Part shown: positions 19,493-29,139 of the stretch, piece after piece
Layout: each line of letters starts with the position of its first letter
Position numbering within the stretch: the stretch's first letter is position 1
From: Thermodesulfobacteriota bacterium
GTDB lineage: Bacteria > Desulfobacterota > Desulfobacteria > Desulfobacterales > SURF-7
Assembly (NCBI GenBank): GCA_049320885.1
Contig: JBMORA010000008.1
Location: 1 to 29,139, forward strand
Length of the DNA stretch: 29,139 bases
Reading direction: 5' to 3'
Notes under the pieces: generated by a model
What the model saw: the letters and a program-made list of their open reading frames with translations, nothing else
The model's database searches: none
Told to the model about the DNA's origin: nothing
Position numbers and translations under genes: made by a program

Positions 19493-19582
19493 ATTTTCGT
19501 CTCCTCATCCAGTTCCGGCACCTGATGACCAACCGTTGTGCCGGACTCGACTACCGAAACCTATGCTTTTTCCTTGGGGCTG

Positions 19583-20854
19583 TCAAGGCAGTTGGTCTGC
19601 CGTTGCCGGGTCCAGCACCAGAAAATACAGGTCGCCGGGATGTTGCATATGTCCGGCCGCAATCTCCGCATAGGGCCCTCCGCCCCAGAAAAGATCGGCC
19701 CGGCCCGGCCCGCGGATGGCGCCCCCCGTATCCTGATTCAAGGCGAACCGACCGAAGTCCTGCCAGCTTGAAATCCGGCCCTCCCCGTCCACAATGGGTT
19801 TGGCGGCGGTGATGAAGGCAAGACAACCGGCGGGGAAGATGCGGTTTTCCAACGCCACGGTGCGGCCCGGCGTGATGGTGACATTCAGACACCCGATGGG
19901 CCCTTCCTTTACCACCCGGAAAAACACATAGCTCGGGTTGTAGTCCAGAATCCGGTCGACTTCCCGGGGATGGGAGGCCAGATATTCCCGAATCCGCTGC
20001 ATGGACATTTCTTTCCGGGCGATCTTGCCTTCTTCCATCAGCAGGGCCCCGATGCTTTTATAAGGGCGGCCGTTGGATGCCGCGTAGCTCACCTGAATGG
20101 TTTCCCCGCTCTTGAGATAGATTTTCCCGGAACCCTGAATTTGCAAAAAAAACAGGTCGATGGGGTCGGAAACCCAGGCGATTACCCCGGCTCTGCCCTT
20201 CAGACCGTTCCGAACGATTTCCTTGCGTTCATAGTAGGGAATGACGGTGTGCTCCGCGGTGAAACGCCCCACGATACGATTCCTGCCCGGCACCTCGATC
20301 CCGAACAGTTTCAGGTCCACCACTGCCAGATCATCCGGCTTGGTGAATACCGGGTGGGGATAGGCAGGGTCAAACTGCTTACTGCCGGCCAGCGTCGGCT
20401 CATAGTACCCGGTGTACAGGACATCTCCCGATCCGTCCCGGCCTTTGGACTTATACACGAGAAAATGGTTTCGGATCAGCCGGTTCAATTCATCAGCCGC
20501 GGGTTTTTTCGCCACCAGGGACAGGAAATACGACAGTGTTTTCCGAATATGGCCGCAGGTATAGGCATCCGCACCGAACCAAAATGTCCGGTCGGCCGGC
20601 AACCGGTTCAAATATGCCAGACTCCTGGAAATTCCGTGCTGCAGACCGTCATACCCCATGTCATCCGAAAAGGACGGATATTGGGGCAAGGACAGCCGCA
20701 CCAGGGCGGAACCGTCGATTCGTGGTTCGGGAACCTCGGGCTGGAAAAGAGTGCAGGCGCCGATCAGCAGCAGCGAAAACAGACAACAGCCGGCAAGTCC
20801 CTGCCGGAACCGTTTCCCCGCGATGGAATGGGCAACAACCTTTTTCATATGCAT
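19583..20854 (-). CDS. mltA: Membrane-bound lytic murein transglycosylase A
   Basis: TGYYEP, FFLQIQGSG, YAASNGRPY, NPSYVFF and QDTGGAIRG..RADLFWG. Lipobox-like LIGAC. Confidence 0.95.
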   Translation of the reverse strand: MHMKKVVAHSIAGKRFRQGLAGCCLFSLLLIGACTLFQPEVPEPRIDGSALVRLSLPQYPSFSDDMGYDGLQHGISRSLAYLNRLPADRTFWFGADAYTCGHIRKTLSYFLSLVAKKPAADELNRLIRNHFLVYKSKGRDGSGDVLYTGYYEPTLAGSKQFDPAYPHPVFTKPDDLAVVDLKLFGIEVPGRNRIVGRFTAEHTVIPYYERKEIVRNGLKGRAGVIAWVSDPIDLFFLQIQGSGKIYLKSGETIQVSYAASNGRPYKSIGALLMEEGKIARKEMSMQRIREYLASHPREVDRILDYNPSYVFFRVVKEGPIGCLNVTITPGRTVALENRIFPAGCLAFITAAKPIVDGEGRISSWQDFGRFALNQDTGGAIRGPGRADLFWGGGPYAEIAAGHMQHPGDLYFLVLDPATADQLP

Positions 20855-20871
20855 TCAAGGTGAATCAAGGC

Positions 20872-21369
20872 TCAATCTAACAGGTCCGGATCTTCCGGTC
20901 GCAGGAAATGCCCGCTTTTTCCGCCCGCCTTCTCCAGCAGAACGATATCGGAAATCCTCATTTCCCGGTCGATGGCCTTGCACATGTCATAAATGGTCAA
21001 TGCGGCCACCGTGGCCGCCGTCAGGGCTTCCATTTCCACCCCTGTTGGTCCGTTCAGCCGGACATCAACCCGGATGGCGATGGCGGTTCGTTTGTCATCC
21101 GGATGAAAATCGATCCTTACATGGGTGAGATTCAATGGATGGCACATGGGGATCAGTTCCGCCGTCTTTTTCGCCGCCATGATTCCGGCAATTCTGGCGG
21201 TCTCCAACACATTGCCTTTGTCGATTTGCTGATGGATGATCCGGTGGAAGGTCTCCGGCTTCATGCGGATGACGCTCCGGGCGGCCGCATGCCGGAAGCT
21301 CGACTGTTTTTCAGTCACATCCACCATGCGCACGCTGCCGTTTCGATCCAAATGGGAAAAGTCTTCCAT
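20872..21369 (-). CDS. moaC: Cyclic pyranopterin monophosphate synthase MoaC
   Basis: MVDVTEK, LIPMCHP, TGVEMEAL, YDMCKA and KAGGKSG. Confidence 0.97.
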   Translation of the reverse strand: MEDFSHLDRNGSVRMVDVTEKQSSFRHAAARSVIRMKPETFHRIIHQQIDKGNVLETARIAGIMAAKKTAELIPMCHPLNLTHVRIDFHPDDKRTAIAIRVDVRLNGPTGVEMEALTAATVAALTIYDMCKAIDREMRISDIVLLEKAGGKSGHFLRPEDPDLLD

Positions 21370-21560
21370 GGCTGCCTGTCTTTTCCATCCTGATGAAATG
21401 TCATCTCATTCTGTCGTGACAAGCCCATCCTCATACCATGAACCCGGTAAAAGTCAAATCCGAAAAGGCGCCGGCGGCTATTTTCTTGACTCCATCTTGC
21501 AGGACCGATATGGTTCGCATCTTCGTGGTTCAAACCGAATCCAACCAGGAGGCGACAACA

Positions 21561-22481
21561 ATGGACCCCAAAACAGCTGCATCGGATTTCTTGCTGCTGA
21601 CAACGGCGGTAATCTGGGGTTTTGCCTTTGTCGCCCAGCGGGTCGGCATGGAATATATCGGGCCGTTTGCCTTCAACGGCATTCGCTTTGCGCTGGGTTG
21701 TGCGGTCTTGCTGCCGCTGCTCATCCGGGATCTGCGCCGGACGCCGCCTCCTGGCAGGACGTCCGCGCTTCCCGCCCATCGCTCCTTGCTTCCCGGCGGA
21801 ATCGCCGCCGGGATTTTCCTTTTCGGCGGGGCCTCTTTCCAGCAGGTGGGCATGGTCTACACCACTGCCGGCAATGCCGGATTCATTACCGGTCTGTATG
21901 TGGTCATCGTTCCCGTCATCGGACTCTTTACCGGACAACGATCCAGCACGGGAATCTGGCTGGGAGCGCTGCTGTCGGCGATTGGATTGTATCTTCTCAG
22001 CATTACCGGAGAATTTACCATATCCCGGGGAGATTTTCTGGTATTGATGGGCGCCTTCGTCTGGGCCGCCCATGTCCTCTTCATCGGCTGGTTCGCCCCC
22101 AAGACCTCGCCGCTGCGCCTTGCCTTCGCCCAATTCGCCGTCTGCTCGATCCTCAGTCTTGCCGTGGCCGCCGTCCGGGAGACATTTTCCGTCCCGTCTA
22201 TCCTGCAGGCCGCGCTGCCATTGGCTTATGGCGGCCTGCTTTCCGTGGGAGTGGCCTATACGTTGCAGGTTGTCGCGCAAAAATCCGCCCATCCGGCCCA
22301 TGCCGCCATTTTATTGAGCCTGGAAGCGGTATTCGCCGCCATCGGGGGCCGGCTGATCCTGGAGGAATCCATGACCACCAGGGCCATCATCGGATGCGCC
22401 TTCATGCTGGCCGGAATGCTCATTTCCCAGTTATGGGGCTGGTGGTGGTTTCATCTCCGGGAAACGGACAATCGTCATTGA
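21561..22481 (+). CDS. DMT/EamA family transporter
   Basis: IWGFAFVAQ and about 10 hydrophobic segments in two EamA repeats. RBS AGGAGG before the ATG at 21561. Confidence 0.92.
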   Translation: MDPKTAASDFLLLTTAVIWGFAFVAQRVGMEYIGPFAFNGIRFALGCAVLLPLLIRDLRRTPPPGRTSALPAHRSLLPGGIAAGIFLFGGASFQQVGMVYTTAGNAGFITGLYVVIVPVIGLFTGQRSSTGIWLGALLSAIGLYLLSITGEFTISRGDFLVLMGAFVWAAHVLFIGWFAPKTSPLRLAFAQFAVCSILSLAVAAVRETFSVPSILQAALPLAYGGLLSVGVAYTLQVVAQKSAHPAHAAILLSLEAVFAAIGGRLILEESMTTRAIIGCAFMLAGMLISQLWGWWWFHLRETDNRH

Positions 22482-22593
22482 AACCAGGTGGGGAGAGGAC
22501 CACCGCCGGACCGGACGTGATGCTTGACCGGCTCGGAAGGGTCTGTTATTCACGGAGGAAATCGATCCTTCGGCAGAAGAGGGTAGGCGACTC

Positions 22594-24177
22594 ATGATCA
22601 TAACGGAAATACTGGCAAGAAATGCACGGCTATATCCAACTGAAACCGCCCTGGTGGAACGCGAACCGGCGAAAAAGCTCCGGCGAGAAATCACCTGGGA
22701 GGAATTCGACCGGCAGGCGAGCCGGATGGCCCGGGCACTGATCCAACGGGGAATCAGCAAAGGGGACCGGGTGGTCCATCTGATGATGAACTGCCTGGAA
22801 TGGCTGCCGGTTTATTTTGGGATTCTGCGTACCGGCGCCTGGGCGGTGCCCCTGAATTTCCGTTTCACCGCCGAAACCATCCTCCGCTGCGCGGAAACCG
22901 CCGAAGCCAGGGCGTTCATTTTCGGACCCGAGTTCATCGACCAGGTAACCGCCATCAAGACCGATCTGGATGCAACCGTGCGCACCTATCTTTTCGTCGG
23001 CCCGGAAAACCTCCGGCCGGCCTACGCGGAACAGGTTGAAACCGTTTTGGCCATGCAGCCATCAGAAGACCCACGGATTTCCATTGATATCTCCGACGAG
23101 GCCGCCTTGTATTTCACCTCCGGAACCACCGGCGCTCCCAAGGCGACCCTGCTCACCCATCGGAATCTCGAATATGCCTGTTACGCTGAAAACCGGCACC
23201 ATCTTCTGGGCCACCGGGACAATTTCCTGTGCATACCGCCGTTGTATCACACCGGAGCGAAAATGCACTGGTTCGGTAATTTCATCGTGGGCGCCCGGGC
23301 CGTCATTCTGAAGGGCATTGAACCGCAATGGATTCTGGAGGCCGTCTCCGAGGAAAACGTCACGGTGGTCTGGCTGCTCGTTCCCTGGGCCCTGGACATT
23401 CTCTTTGCCATCGAAAACAAGGAACTGCGCCTGAGCGACTACAAATTGGACCAGTGGCGTCTGATGCATATCGGCGCCCAGCCCGTTCCGCCCAGCCTGA
23501 TCAAGGAATGGAAGCAGGTCTTTCCCCATCACCAGTATGACACCAATTACGGCCTGACGGAATCCACGGGTCCCGGTTGCGTGCATTTGGGAATGGAGAA
23601 CATGCACAAAGTCGGTGCCATCGGAGTGCCTGGTTTTGATTGGGAATTTAAAATCGTCGACAATGAGCTGAAACCGGTGGCCGCGGGCGCCATCGGCGAA
23701 TTGATGGTCAAGGGCCCGGGGGTCATGAAAGAATATTATAAAAATCCGGCGGCCACCATGGAATGCCTGAAGGACGGCTGGCTGATGACCGGAGACATGG
23801 CCCGCACGGACCCGGACGGATTTATATGGCTGGTGGACCGTAAAAAGGACGTGATCATCACCGGGGGTGAAAACATTTATCCCGTGGATATCGAGGATTT
23901 TTTGCAGTCTCACCCGAAAATTCAGGATGTTGCGGTGATCGGACTTCCCAGTCTGCGATTGGGGGAGATCGCCACGGCCATCATTCAGGTCAAACCGGGA
24001 CAACAGTTGACAGCGGAAGAAGTGGATGGTTTCTGCAAGGCGCTGCCGCGGTACAAAAGACCCCGGCGCATCATTTTCGACAATGTGCCCCGCAACCCCA
24101 CGGGAAAGATCGAAAAGCCCTTACTGCGTCGGAAATTCAGCGGGGCGGAAGAAAGTTTCACCATCGACACCCCGTAG
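22594..24177 (+). CDS. Acyl-CoA synthetase / AMP-binding (class I adenylate-forming) enzyme
   Basis: YFTSGTTGAPK, YGLTES, TGD, DRKKDVIITGGENIYP and PRNPTGKIEK. Confidence 0.93.
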   Translation: MIITEILARNARLYPTETALVEREPAKKLRREITWEEFDRQASRMARALIQRGISKGDRVVHLMMNCLEWLPVYFGILRTGAWAVPLNFRFTAETILRCAETAEARAFIFGPEFIDQVTAIKTDLDATVRTYLFVGPENLRPAYAEQVETVLAMQPSEDPRISIDISDEAALYFTSGTTGAPKATLLTHRNLEYACYAENRHHLLGHRDNFLCIPPLYHTGAKMHWFGNFIVGARAVILKGIEPQWILEAVSEENVTVVWLLVPWALDILFAIENKELRLSDYKLDQWRLMHIGAQPVPPSLIKEWKQVFPHHQYDTNYGLTESTGPGCVHLGMENMHKVGAIGVPGFDWEFKIVDNELKPVAAGAIGELMVKGPGVMKEYYKNPAATMECLKDGWLMTGDMARTDPDGFIWLVDRKKDVIITGGENIYPVDIEDFLQSHPKIQDVAVIGLPSLRLGEIATAIIQVKPGQQLTAEEVDGFCKALPRYKRPRRIIFDNVPRNPTGKIEKPLLRRKFSGAEESFTIDTP

Positions 24178-24225
24178 CATTTCATGAATGCCACGGAGTA
24201 TCCGGTGATTGCATGCGGCGATGTG

Positions 24226-24251
24226 ATCCGGAAAGTTCACCCCTTCCGGAT
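24226..24251. terminator. Hairpin between the convergent acyl-CoA ligase and dnaK genes
   Basis: ATCCGGAA-N10-TTCCGGAT; no clear U tract. Confidence 0.35.
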
Positions 24252-24260
24252 GGACCGCTG

Positions 24261-26183
24261 CTATTTCTTATCGTCCTTCACTTCCTCGAAATCCGCGTCC
24301 ACCACATCGTCATCCGTTTTCCCCGGCCCAGCCGCCGAATCGGCGCCGCCGCCGGCAGCATGCTGCTGTCCGGCCTGGGAAGCCTGCTGATACATGGCTT
24401 CCGCCAGTTTGTGGGATGCCTGGGTCAATTCTTCACTCAGACGTTTGATCTGATCCGCATCATCCCCTTCCATGGCCTTTTTCAGACGCCCGGAAATATC
24501 CTCCACATTGCTTTTGGTCTGGGCGTCCACTTTGTCGCCCAGCTCCTTGATGGATTTTTCCGTCTGGTAGATCAGGGTGTCCGCCGTATTGCGGGCTTCC
24601 ACCAATTCTTTCTTCTTTTTATCGTCTTCCGCATGGATCTCCGCCTCCTTGATCAGGCGATCGATCTCATCCTTGGAAAGGCCGGACGAAGCCGTGATTT
24701 GAATGGACTGTTCTTTCGCGGTGGCCATATCCTTGGCGGAAACCTTGACAATGCCGTTGGCGTCGATATCGAAGGTAACCTCGATTTGCGGCACCCCCCG
24801 GGGCGCCGGCGGAATCCCCACCAGTTCGAAACGGCCCAGGGTCTTATTACTTGCCGCCATTTCCCGCTCGCCCTGCAATACATGAATGGATACCGCCGGC
24901 TGATTGTCGGCCGCCGTGGAGAACACCTGGCTTTTCTTGGTGGGGATGGTGGTGTTCTTTTCAATCAGCTTGGTCATGATACCGCCCAGGGTCTCGATTC
25001 CCAGGGACAGGGGGGTCACATCCAGCAACAGCACATCCTTGACTTCCCCTTTCAACACCCCGCCTTGAATGGCCGCGCCGATGGCCACGACTTCATCCGG
25101 ATTGACGCCCTTATGGGGTTCCTTGCCGAACAGTTTCTTCACCCGGTCCTGAACCGCCGGCATGCGGGTCATGCCACCCACGAGAACGACCTCGTCGATT
25201 TCATCGGCCCGGAGACCGGCATCCTTCAGGGCAATCCGGCAGGGACTTTCCAGCTTGTCCAGCAGATCCGCCACCAGCGATTCCAGTTTTGCCCGGGTGA
25301 TCTTGATGTTCAGATGTTTGGGTCCGCTGGCATCGGCGGTGATGAACGGCAGGTTGACGTCCGTTTCCATGGAGGAGGACAGTTCCATCTTGGCTTTTTC
25401 AGCCGCTTCCTTCAAGCGTTGAAGCGCCATTTTGTCCCGCCGCAGGTCAATGCCCTGGTCTCTCTTGAATTCATCGGCAAGATAATCGATCAGCCGCAGA
25501 TCGAAATCCTCGCCGCCCAGATGGGTGTCACCGTTGGTCGCCTTGACTTCAAACACTCCCTCCCCGATTTCCAGGATGGAAATATCGAAAGTGCCGCCGC
25601 CCAGGTCGAATACGGCGATTTTTTCCTCGGTTTTTTTATCCAGGCCATAGGCCAGGGAGGCCGCCGTCGGCTCGTTGATGATCCTCAGGACATTCAGGCC
25701 GGCGATTTTCCCGGCATCCTTGGTGGCCTGGCGCTGGCTGTCGTTGAAATAGGCAGGAACGGTGATGACGGCGTCCGTCACTTTTTCCCCCAGGTATTCC
25801 TCGGCTGTTTTCTTGATATTGGCGAGCACAAAAGAGGATATTTCCGCCGGACTATGCTGCTTTCCGCGCAAATTGATGCGGATATCACCGTTGGAGGCCT
25901 GCTCTATCTTATAAGGAAGGATTTTAAGATCGCTTTGAACTTCCGGTGAAGAAAATTTCCGTCCGATAAGCCTTTTGACGGCAAACACCGTATTTTCCGG
26001 GTTGGTAATGGCTTGGCGTTTGGCGATCTGACCCACCAGCCGCTCACCGCTTTCGGTAATTGCCACAATGGAAGGGGTGGTCCTGCCCCCTTCCGGATTC
26101 GTAATCACCTTTGCTTCTCCACCCTCCATCAATGCAACGCATGAATTGGTCGTCCCCAAATCGATTCCGATTACCTTTGCCAT
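24261..26183 (-). CDS. dnaK: Chaperone DnaK (Hsp70)
   Basis: [34 protein letters not shown] and C-terminal DADFEEV. Confidence 0.99.
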   Translation of the reverse strand: MAKVIGIDLGTTNSCVALMEGGEAKVITNPEGGRTTPSIVAITESGERLVGQIAKRQAITNPENTVFAVKRLIGRKFSSPEVQSDLKILPYKIEQASNGDIRINLRGKQHSPAEISSFVLANIKKTAEEYLGEKVTDAVITVPAYFNDSQRQATKDAGKIAGLNVLRIINEPTAASLAYGLDKKTEEKIAVFDLGGGTFDISILEIGEGVFEVKATNGDTHLGGEDFDLRLIDYLADEFKRDQGIDLRRDKMALQRLKEAAEKAKMELSSSMETDVNLPFITADASGPKHLNIKITRAKLESLVADLLDKLESPCRIALKDAGLRADEIDEVVLVGGMTRMPAVQDRVKKLFGKEPHKGVNPDEVVAIGAAIQGGVLKGEVKDVLLLDVTPLSLGIETLGGIMTKLIEKNTTIPTKKSQVFSTAADNQPAVSIHVLQGEREMAASNKTLGRFELVGIPPAPRGVPQIEVTFDIDANGIVKVSAKDMATAKEQSIQITASSGLSKDEIDRLIKEAEIHAEDDKKKKELVEARNTADTLIYQTEKSIKELGDKVDAQTKSNVEDISGRLKKAMEGDDADQIKRLSEELTQASHKLAEAMYQQASQAGQQHAAGGGADSAAGPGKTDDDVVDADFEEVKDDKK

Positions 26184-26222
26184 CTGTATTCCTCCTTGAT
26201 CAAAGAATGCTCACCTGTATCA

Positions 26223-26888
26223 TCAAACTTGTTTTTCATCATCACCGGTCTCGCTTTTTTCAGGCGCTGCGGTTATCGCGGCCGAAACCACCACCATTGC
26301 CGGACGGATCAGACGCTCATGCAGCTTATATCCTTTCTGCAGCATCCGGGTCACTGTATTTTCCGGAAATTGATCGGTTTCCTCGCGCATGACGGCCTGG
26401 TGAAAGGCGGGATTAAAGGGTTCCGCCAGGGCCTCCACCGGCGAAACGCCGTTTTTTTGCATTATTTTAAGGATTTCTTTCAGGGTCATTTCAACCCCTT
26501 CCCGGACCTGGTTGCCATTGCCGCCCCCATTGCCAACGGATTGCAGCGCCCGTTCCAGGTTGTCCAAAACAGGAAGAAATTCCTTGATAATGGATTCATT
26601 GGCGTAGTTTCTCAGGTCGCTCATTTCGCGTGTGATGCGTTTCTTGTAATTCTCGAAGTCGGCGGACAACCGCAGCATCCGATCATAATGCGTCTCCGCT
26701 TCCTTTTTCGCGGAGGCCAATTCTTCTTTCAGCAATTCCACCTGTTCCTTTTCCGTTGCATCATGATCCGGCCTTGATTCCGCTTTGCCGGCCGCATCCG
26801 CGACATCGTCATCGAACTCCGCTGTCGGATCTTGAATATCTTGGGGTAAGGGTTGTTTTTCATCCTGGCAGATATGATCGGTACTCAA
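26223..26888 (-). CDS. grpE: Nucleotide exchange factor GrpE
   Basis: ADFENYKKR, LPVLDNLERAL, FNPAFHQAV and QKGYKLHERLIRPAMVVV. TTG start with RBS GAGG. Confidence 0.96.
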   Translation of the reverse strand: MSTDHICQDEKQPLPQDIQDPTAEFDDDVADAAGKAESRPDHDATEKEQVELLKEELASAKKEAETHYDRMLRLSADFENYKKRITREMSDLRNYANESIIKEFLPVLDNLERALQSVGNGGGNGNQVREGVEMTLKEILKIMQKNGVSPVEALAEPFNPAFHQAVMREETDQFPENTVTRMLQKGYKLHERLIRPAMVVVSAAITAAPEKSETGDDEKQV

Positions 26889-27002
26889 TTTTTCCTCAAC
26901 TGGTGCCTTGTGGTTGCGGATTGACCGGATCCGGCTTCAATCCAGCGGTTTTCGTTCTGTAGCGGATCAGGCGAAACGCTACGTAACCAAAGAAATTTAG
27001 CG

Positions 27003-27031
27003 AAAAATAAGACTGGTTGGGGGGATGTCAA
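27003..27031 (-). promoter_or_regulatory. Promoter of grpE-dnaK (TTGACA-N14-CTTATTTT)
   Basis: TTGACA at 27031-27026 and CTTATTTT from 27011. Same spacing as the hsp20 promoter. Confidence 0.6.
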
Positions 27032-27095
27032 GGGCTTTGCGGTCCTGGAAAAACGTGTTGTCGTAAAAAGCGTTTCAGGGGGCCTTCAAAAAAAT

Positions 27096-27254
27096 CACGG
27101 CCCCTTATTGAAAGGCGGATCATAGCATGACCGGGATCGATCCTCGACACAGACCACATCTCTTATCGCTGCTTCCTTCCGGACCTGACGAGGTTCGTGA
27201 GGGTCTGTTACGCGGCGACCGATCAGAATGATCCGCCTTTCAATAGGGGCCGTG
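27096..27254 (-). ncRNA. ffs: Signal recognition particle RNA
   Basis: Exact helix-8 motif TCAGGTCCGGAAGGAAGCAGC (27188-27168) inside a long rod closed by a 27-bp inverted repeat, followed by a T tract. Ends are approximate. Confidence 0.93.
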
Positions 27255-27304
27255 GTTGGAAATGTTGCGGCCGGGCGGCCTTTTCCCATGCGTCCTTGAT
27301 GGTC

Positions 27305-27333
27305 TGTATAATCAGAACGCGTATTTTTTGCAA
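27305..27333 (-). promoter_or_regulatory. Putative sigma70 promoter of ffs
   Basis: TTGCAA-N17-TATACA. Confidence 0.5.
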
Positions 27334-27432
27334 GCAATAATATGGAGCGTCCCGCTCACCGGGATCGCCATCCATCACCGCGGTTCCGAATGTATTGACA
27401 ATGCCGGGCCGCTGTCATAGGTAGGATTCCGC

Positions 27433-28911
27433 ATGGCAGCCACAATCCCGAATCATCACAAGCAGCATGATTTTCTCGGTCGGGTGTCCCAAACCATTGC
27501 TCATCACCGGATGTTTTCCAGCGGAGAGTCGGTGTTGATCGGCGTTTCGGGTGGAGCGGATTCGAGCGCCCTGCTGCAGGTCATGATTCAACTGGCTCCC
27601 GTTTTATACCTGAAACCGGCCGTCGCCCATCTGAACCACGGCCTCCGGCCGCTCGCGGCGGATGAAGAAGAAGCCTTTGTTGCCTCCCGGGCCGCGCAGC
27701 TCGGACTGCCCTTTTTTTCCAAGAAGGTCGATGTCCGGGCACTCCACTCCGGAAGCGGCCTCTCCCTCGAGGAGATCGGACGGAAAATCCGCTATGGTTT
27801 TTTCACCGAGCTGATGAAAACCGCCGGATTTACGAAACTGGTCCTGGGCCATCATCGGGACGACAATGCGGAGCTGATCCTGATGAACCTCATTAGGGGA
27901 AGCGGCACCCTCGGCCTGACCGGGATCCCTCCGGCGCGTGACGGTTACGTCGTCCGCCCGCTGATCGAGCTCTCCAAACAGGAAATTTACGCCTACGTCC
28001 ATGAACAACGGATTCCGTTTCGCGAAGACCTATCCAATGAGGATCGGCGCTTTTTACGAAACCGGATTCGACATGAATTGCTGCCGCTGCTCCGCTCGTC
28101 CTATAACCCCAATATCACGGAAACCCTGAATCGCCTGGGCAGGATACTTGCCGATGAAGAGCATTGGGCCGCCGGATACATCCAGACGGTTCTGACGGAT
28201 CTGACGGCCGGAATGCCGGACGGGTGCTTGCGGGTCTCCGCTTCCAGGATGGCGTTATGGCATGTGGCCGTCCGGAGGAGACTCTTGCGGGAGCTGCTCC
28301 GGAAACAGTCCGGGGGCCTGCGGAGGATCACCTTTGAACACATCGAGGCCCTGCTGCGTCTTGCGGAAAAAGGTGCCCCCGACGGAATGCTCAACCTTCC
28401 GGGGGGAATCGTGGCGGAACGTTCGGGCGATCAGCTCGAGTTTCGCCGATCAACCGAAAAACGCCCCGGCAGAAAGAGGCCCGGCGCCGCCGATGGCGGC
28501 TTCACCTGTTACCGCGCTCTGTTTCCGGACGGCTTTGAGCCCCTGACCATCCGCATCGAGGAACTCGGCCGGCAAATCCGGTTTTCCACCGTCGGTCCGG
28601 AAGAACTCAATCGTTTTGGCACTCCCGGGAAGCAGATCGGATTGTTTGACATCGATCGCCTGCAATTTCCCATGATCCTGCGGACCATTAGACCGGGAGA
28701 TTTCTTTCAGCCCCTGGGTTTGAAAGGCCGGCAGAAAGTGTCCAAGTTTTTCATCGATCATAAGATTCCCCGAAATGATCGCAACAACTGCCTGATTCTT
28801 GAAAGCGGCGGCAGAATCATTTGGATCGCGGGGCACCGGATCGACGATTCGGTCAAACTCACCGAAAATACCAGACAGGTCGTCAAGGCGGAATGGCTGG
28901 TTGCGGACTGA
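27433..28911 (+). CDS. tilS: tRNA(Ile)-lysidine synthetase
   Basis: PP-loop VSGGADS, HLNHGLR, GHHRDDNAE, RPL, RNRIRHELLP and a C-terminal TilS domain. Confidence 0.96.
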   Translation: MAATIPNHHKQHDFLGRVSQTIAHHRMFSSGESVLIGVSGGADSSALLQVMIQLAPVLYLKPAVAHLNHGLRPLAADEEEAFVASRAAQLGLPFFSKKVDVRALHSGSGLSLEEIGRKIRYGFFTELMKTAGFTKLVLGHHRDDNAELILMNLIRGSGTLGLTGIPPARDGYVVRPLIELSKQEIYAYVHEQRIPFREDLSNEDRRFLRNRIRHELLPLLRSSYNPNITETLNRLGRILADEEHWAAGYIQTVLTDLTAGMPDGCLRVSASRMALWHVAVRRRLLRELLRKQSGGLRRITFEHIEALLRLAEKGAPDGMLNLPGGIVAERSGDQLEFRRSTEKRPGRKRPGAADGGFTCYRALFPDGFEPLTIRIEELGRQIRFSTVGPEELNRFGTPGKQIGLFDIDRLQFPMILRTIRPGDFFQPLGLKGRQKVSKFFIDHKIPRNDRNNCLILESGGRIIWIAGHRIDDSVKLTENTRQVVKAEWLVAD

Positions 28912-29085
28912 CAAAAAATGCTTATTTTCTTATGCCATGCCGGACAGGGGAGCGGAAGACGATTGAATGTCGATCCCGAATGAATTCTGTTTCGCGGGTG
29001 CCGAAAAATATGATATGGAATAAAAACACGATAAAAAAAGTCTCCCCGGTTAGCGCCAAAGGGGGAATATGGGAGGTATCACCTT

Positions 29086-29139
29086 TTGAATCCGTTCTAT
29101 AAAAATCTATCCCTCTGGATCGTCATCGTGCTGATGGTG
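29086..29139 (+). CDS. ftsH: ATP-dependent metalloprotease FtsH, N-terminal fragment (truncated by the window end)
   Basis: RBS GGAGG and TTG start giving MNPFYKNLSLWIVIVLMV, a typical FtsH N-terminus. tilS-ftsH adjacency is common. Confidence 0.8.
   Translation, partial: MNPFYKNLSLWIVIVLMV

Noticed and set aside
27095..27337. 80-aa ORF on the minus strand
   Set aside because: It overlaps the SRP RNA gene and has no protein features.

Overview
A moderately GC-rich bacterial chromosomal segment, most likely from a Desulfobacterota (former delta-proteobacterial) anaerobe; this is inferred from gene content. Left to right: an intact integron integrase (intI) with an AT-rich attI/promoter region and no attC visible in the window; a GC-rich GGA-repeat lipoprotein; a heat-shock cluster (three Hsp20s, a J-domain protein, a hypothetical gene); a hypothetical gene, a DUF2892-like gene and a GAF/HD-GYP gene; a periplasmic Hyn-type [NiFe]-hydrogenase operon (small subunit, large subunit, maturation protease, hypC, hypF, hypD); a lipoprotein, a PstS-like binding protein, trmL, tatC, tatB, mltA, moaC, a DMT transporter, an acyl-CoA ligase, dnaK, grpE, the SRP RNA (ffs), tilS and the start of ftsH. 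The main finding is in the hydrogenase large subunit, which the ORF track splits in two. It is one reading frame with an in-frame TGA exactly at the second Cys of the N-terminal Ni-binding motif (RSCGV-TGA-TYTH), followed by a SECIS-like hairpin, while the C-terminal motif keeps Cys (DPCIACGVH). This predicts a hydrogenase with selenocysteine at a bridging Ni-Fe ligand position rather than the terminal position used by classical [NiFeSe] enzymes.
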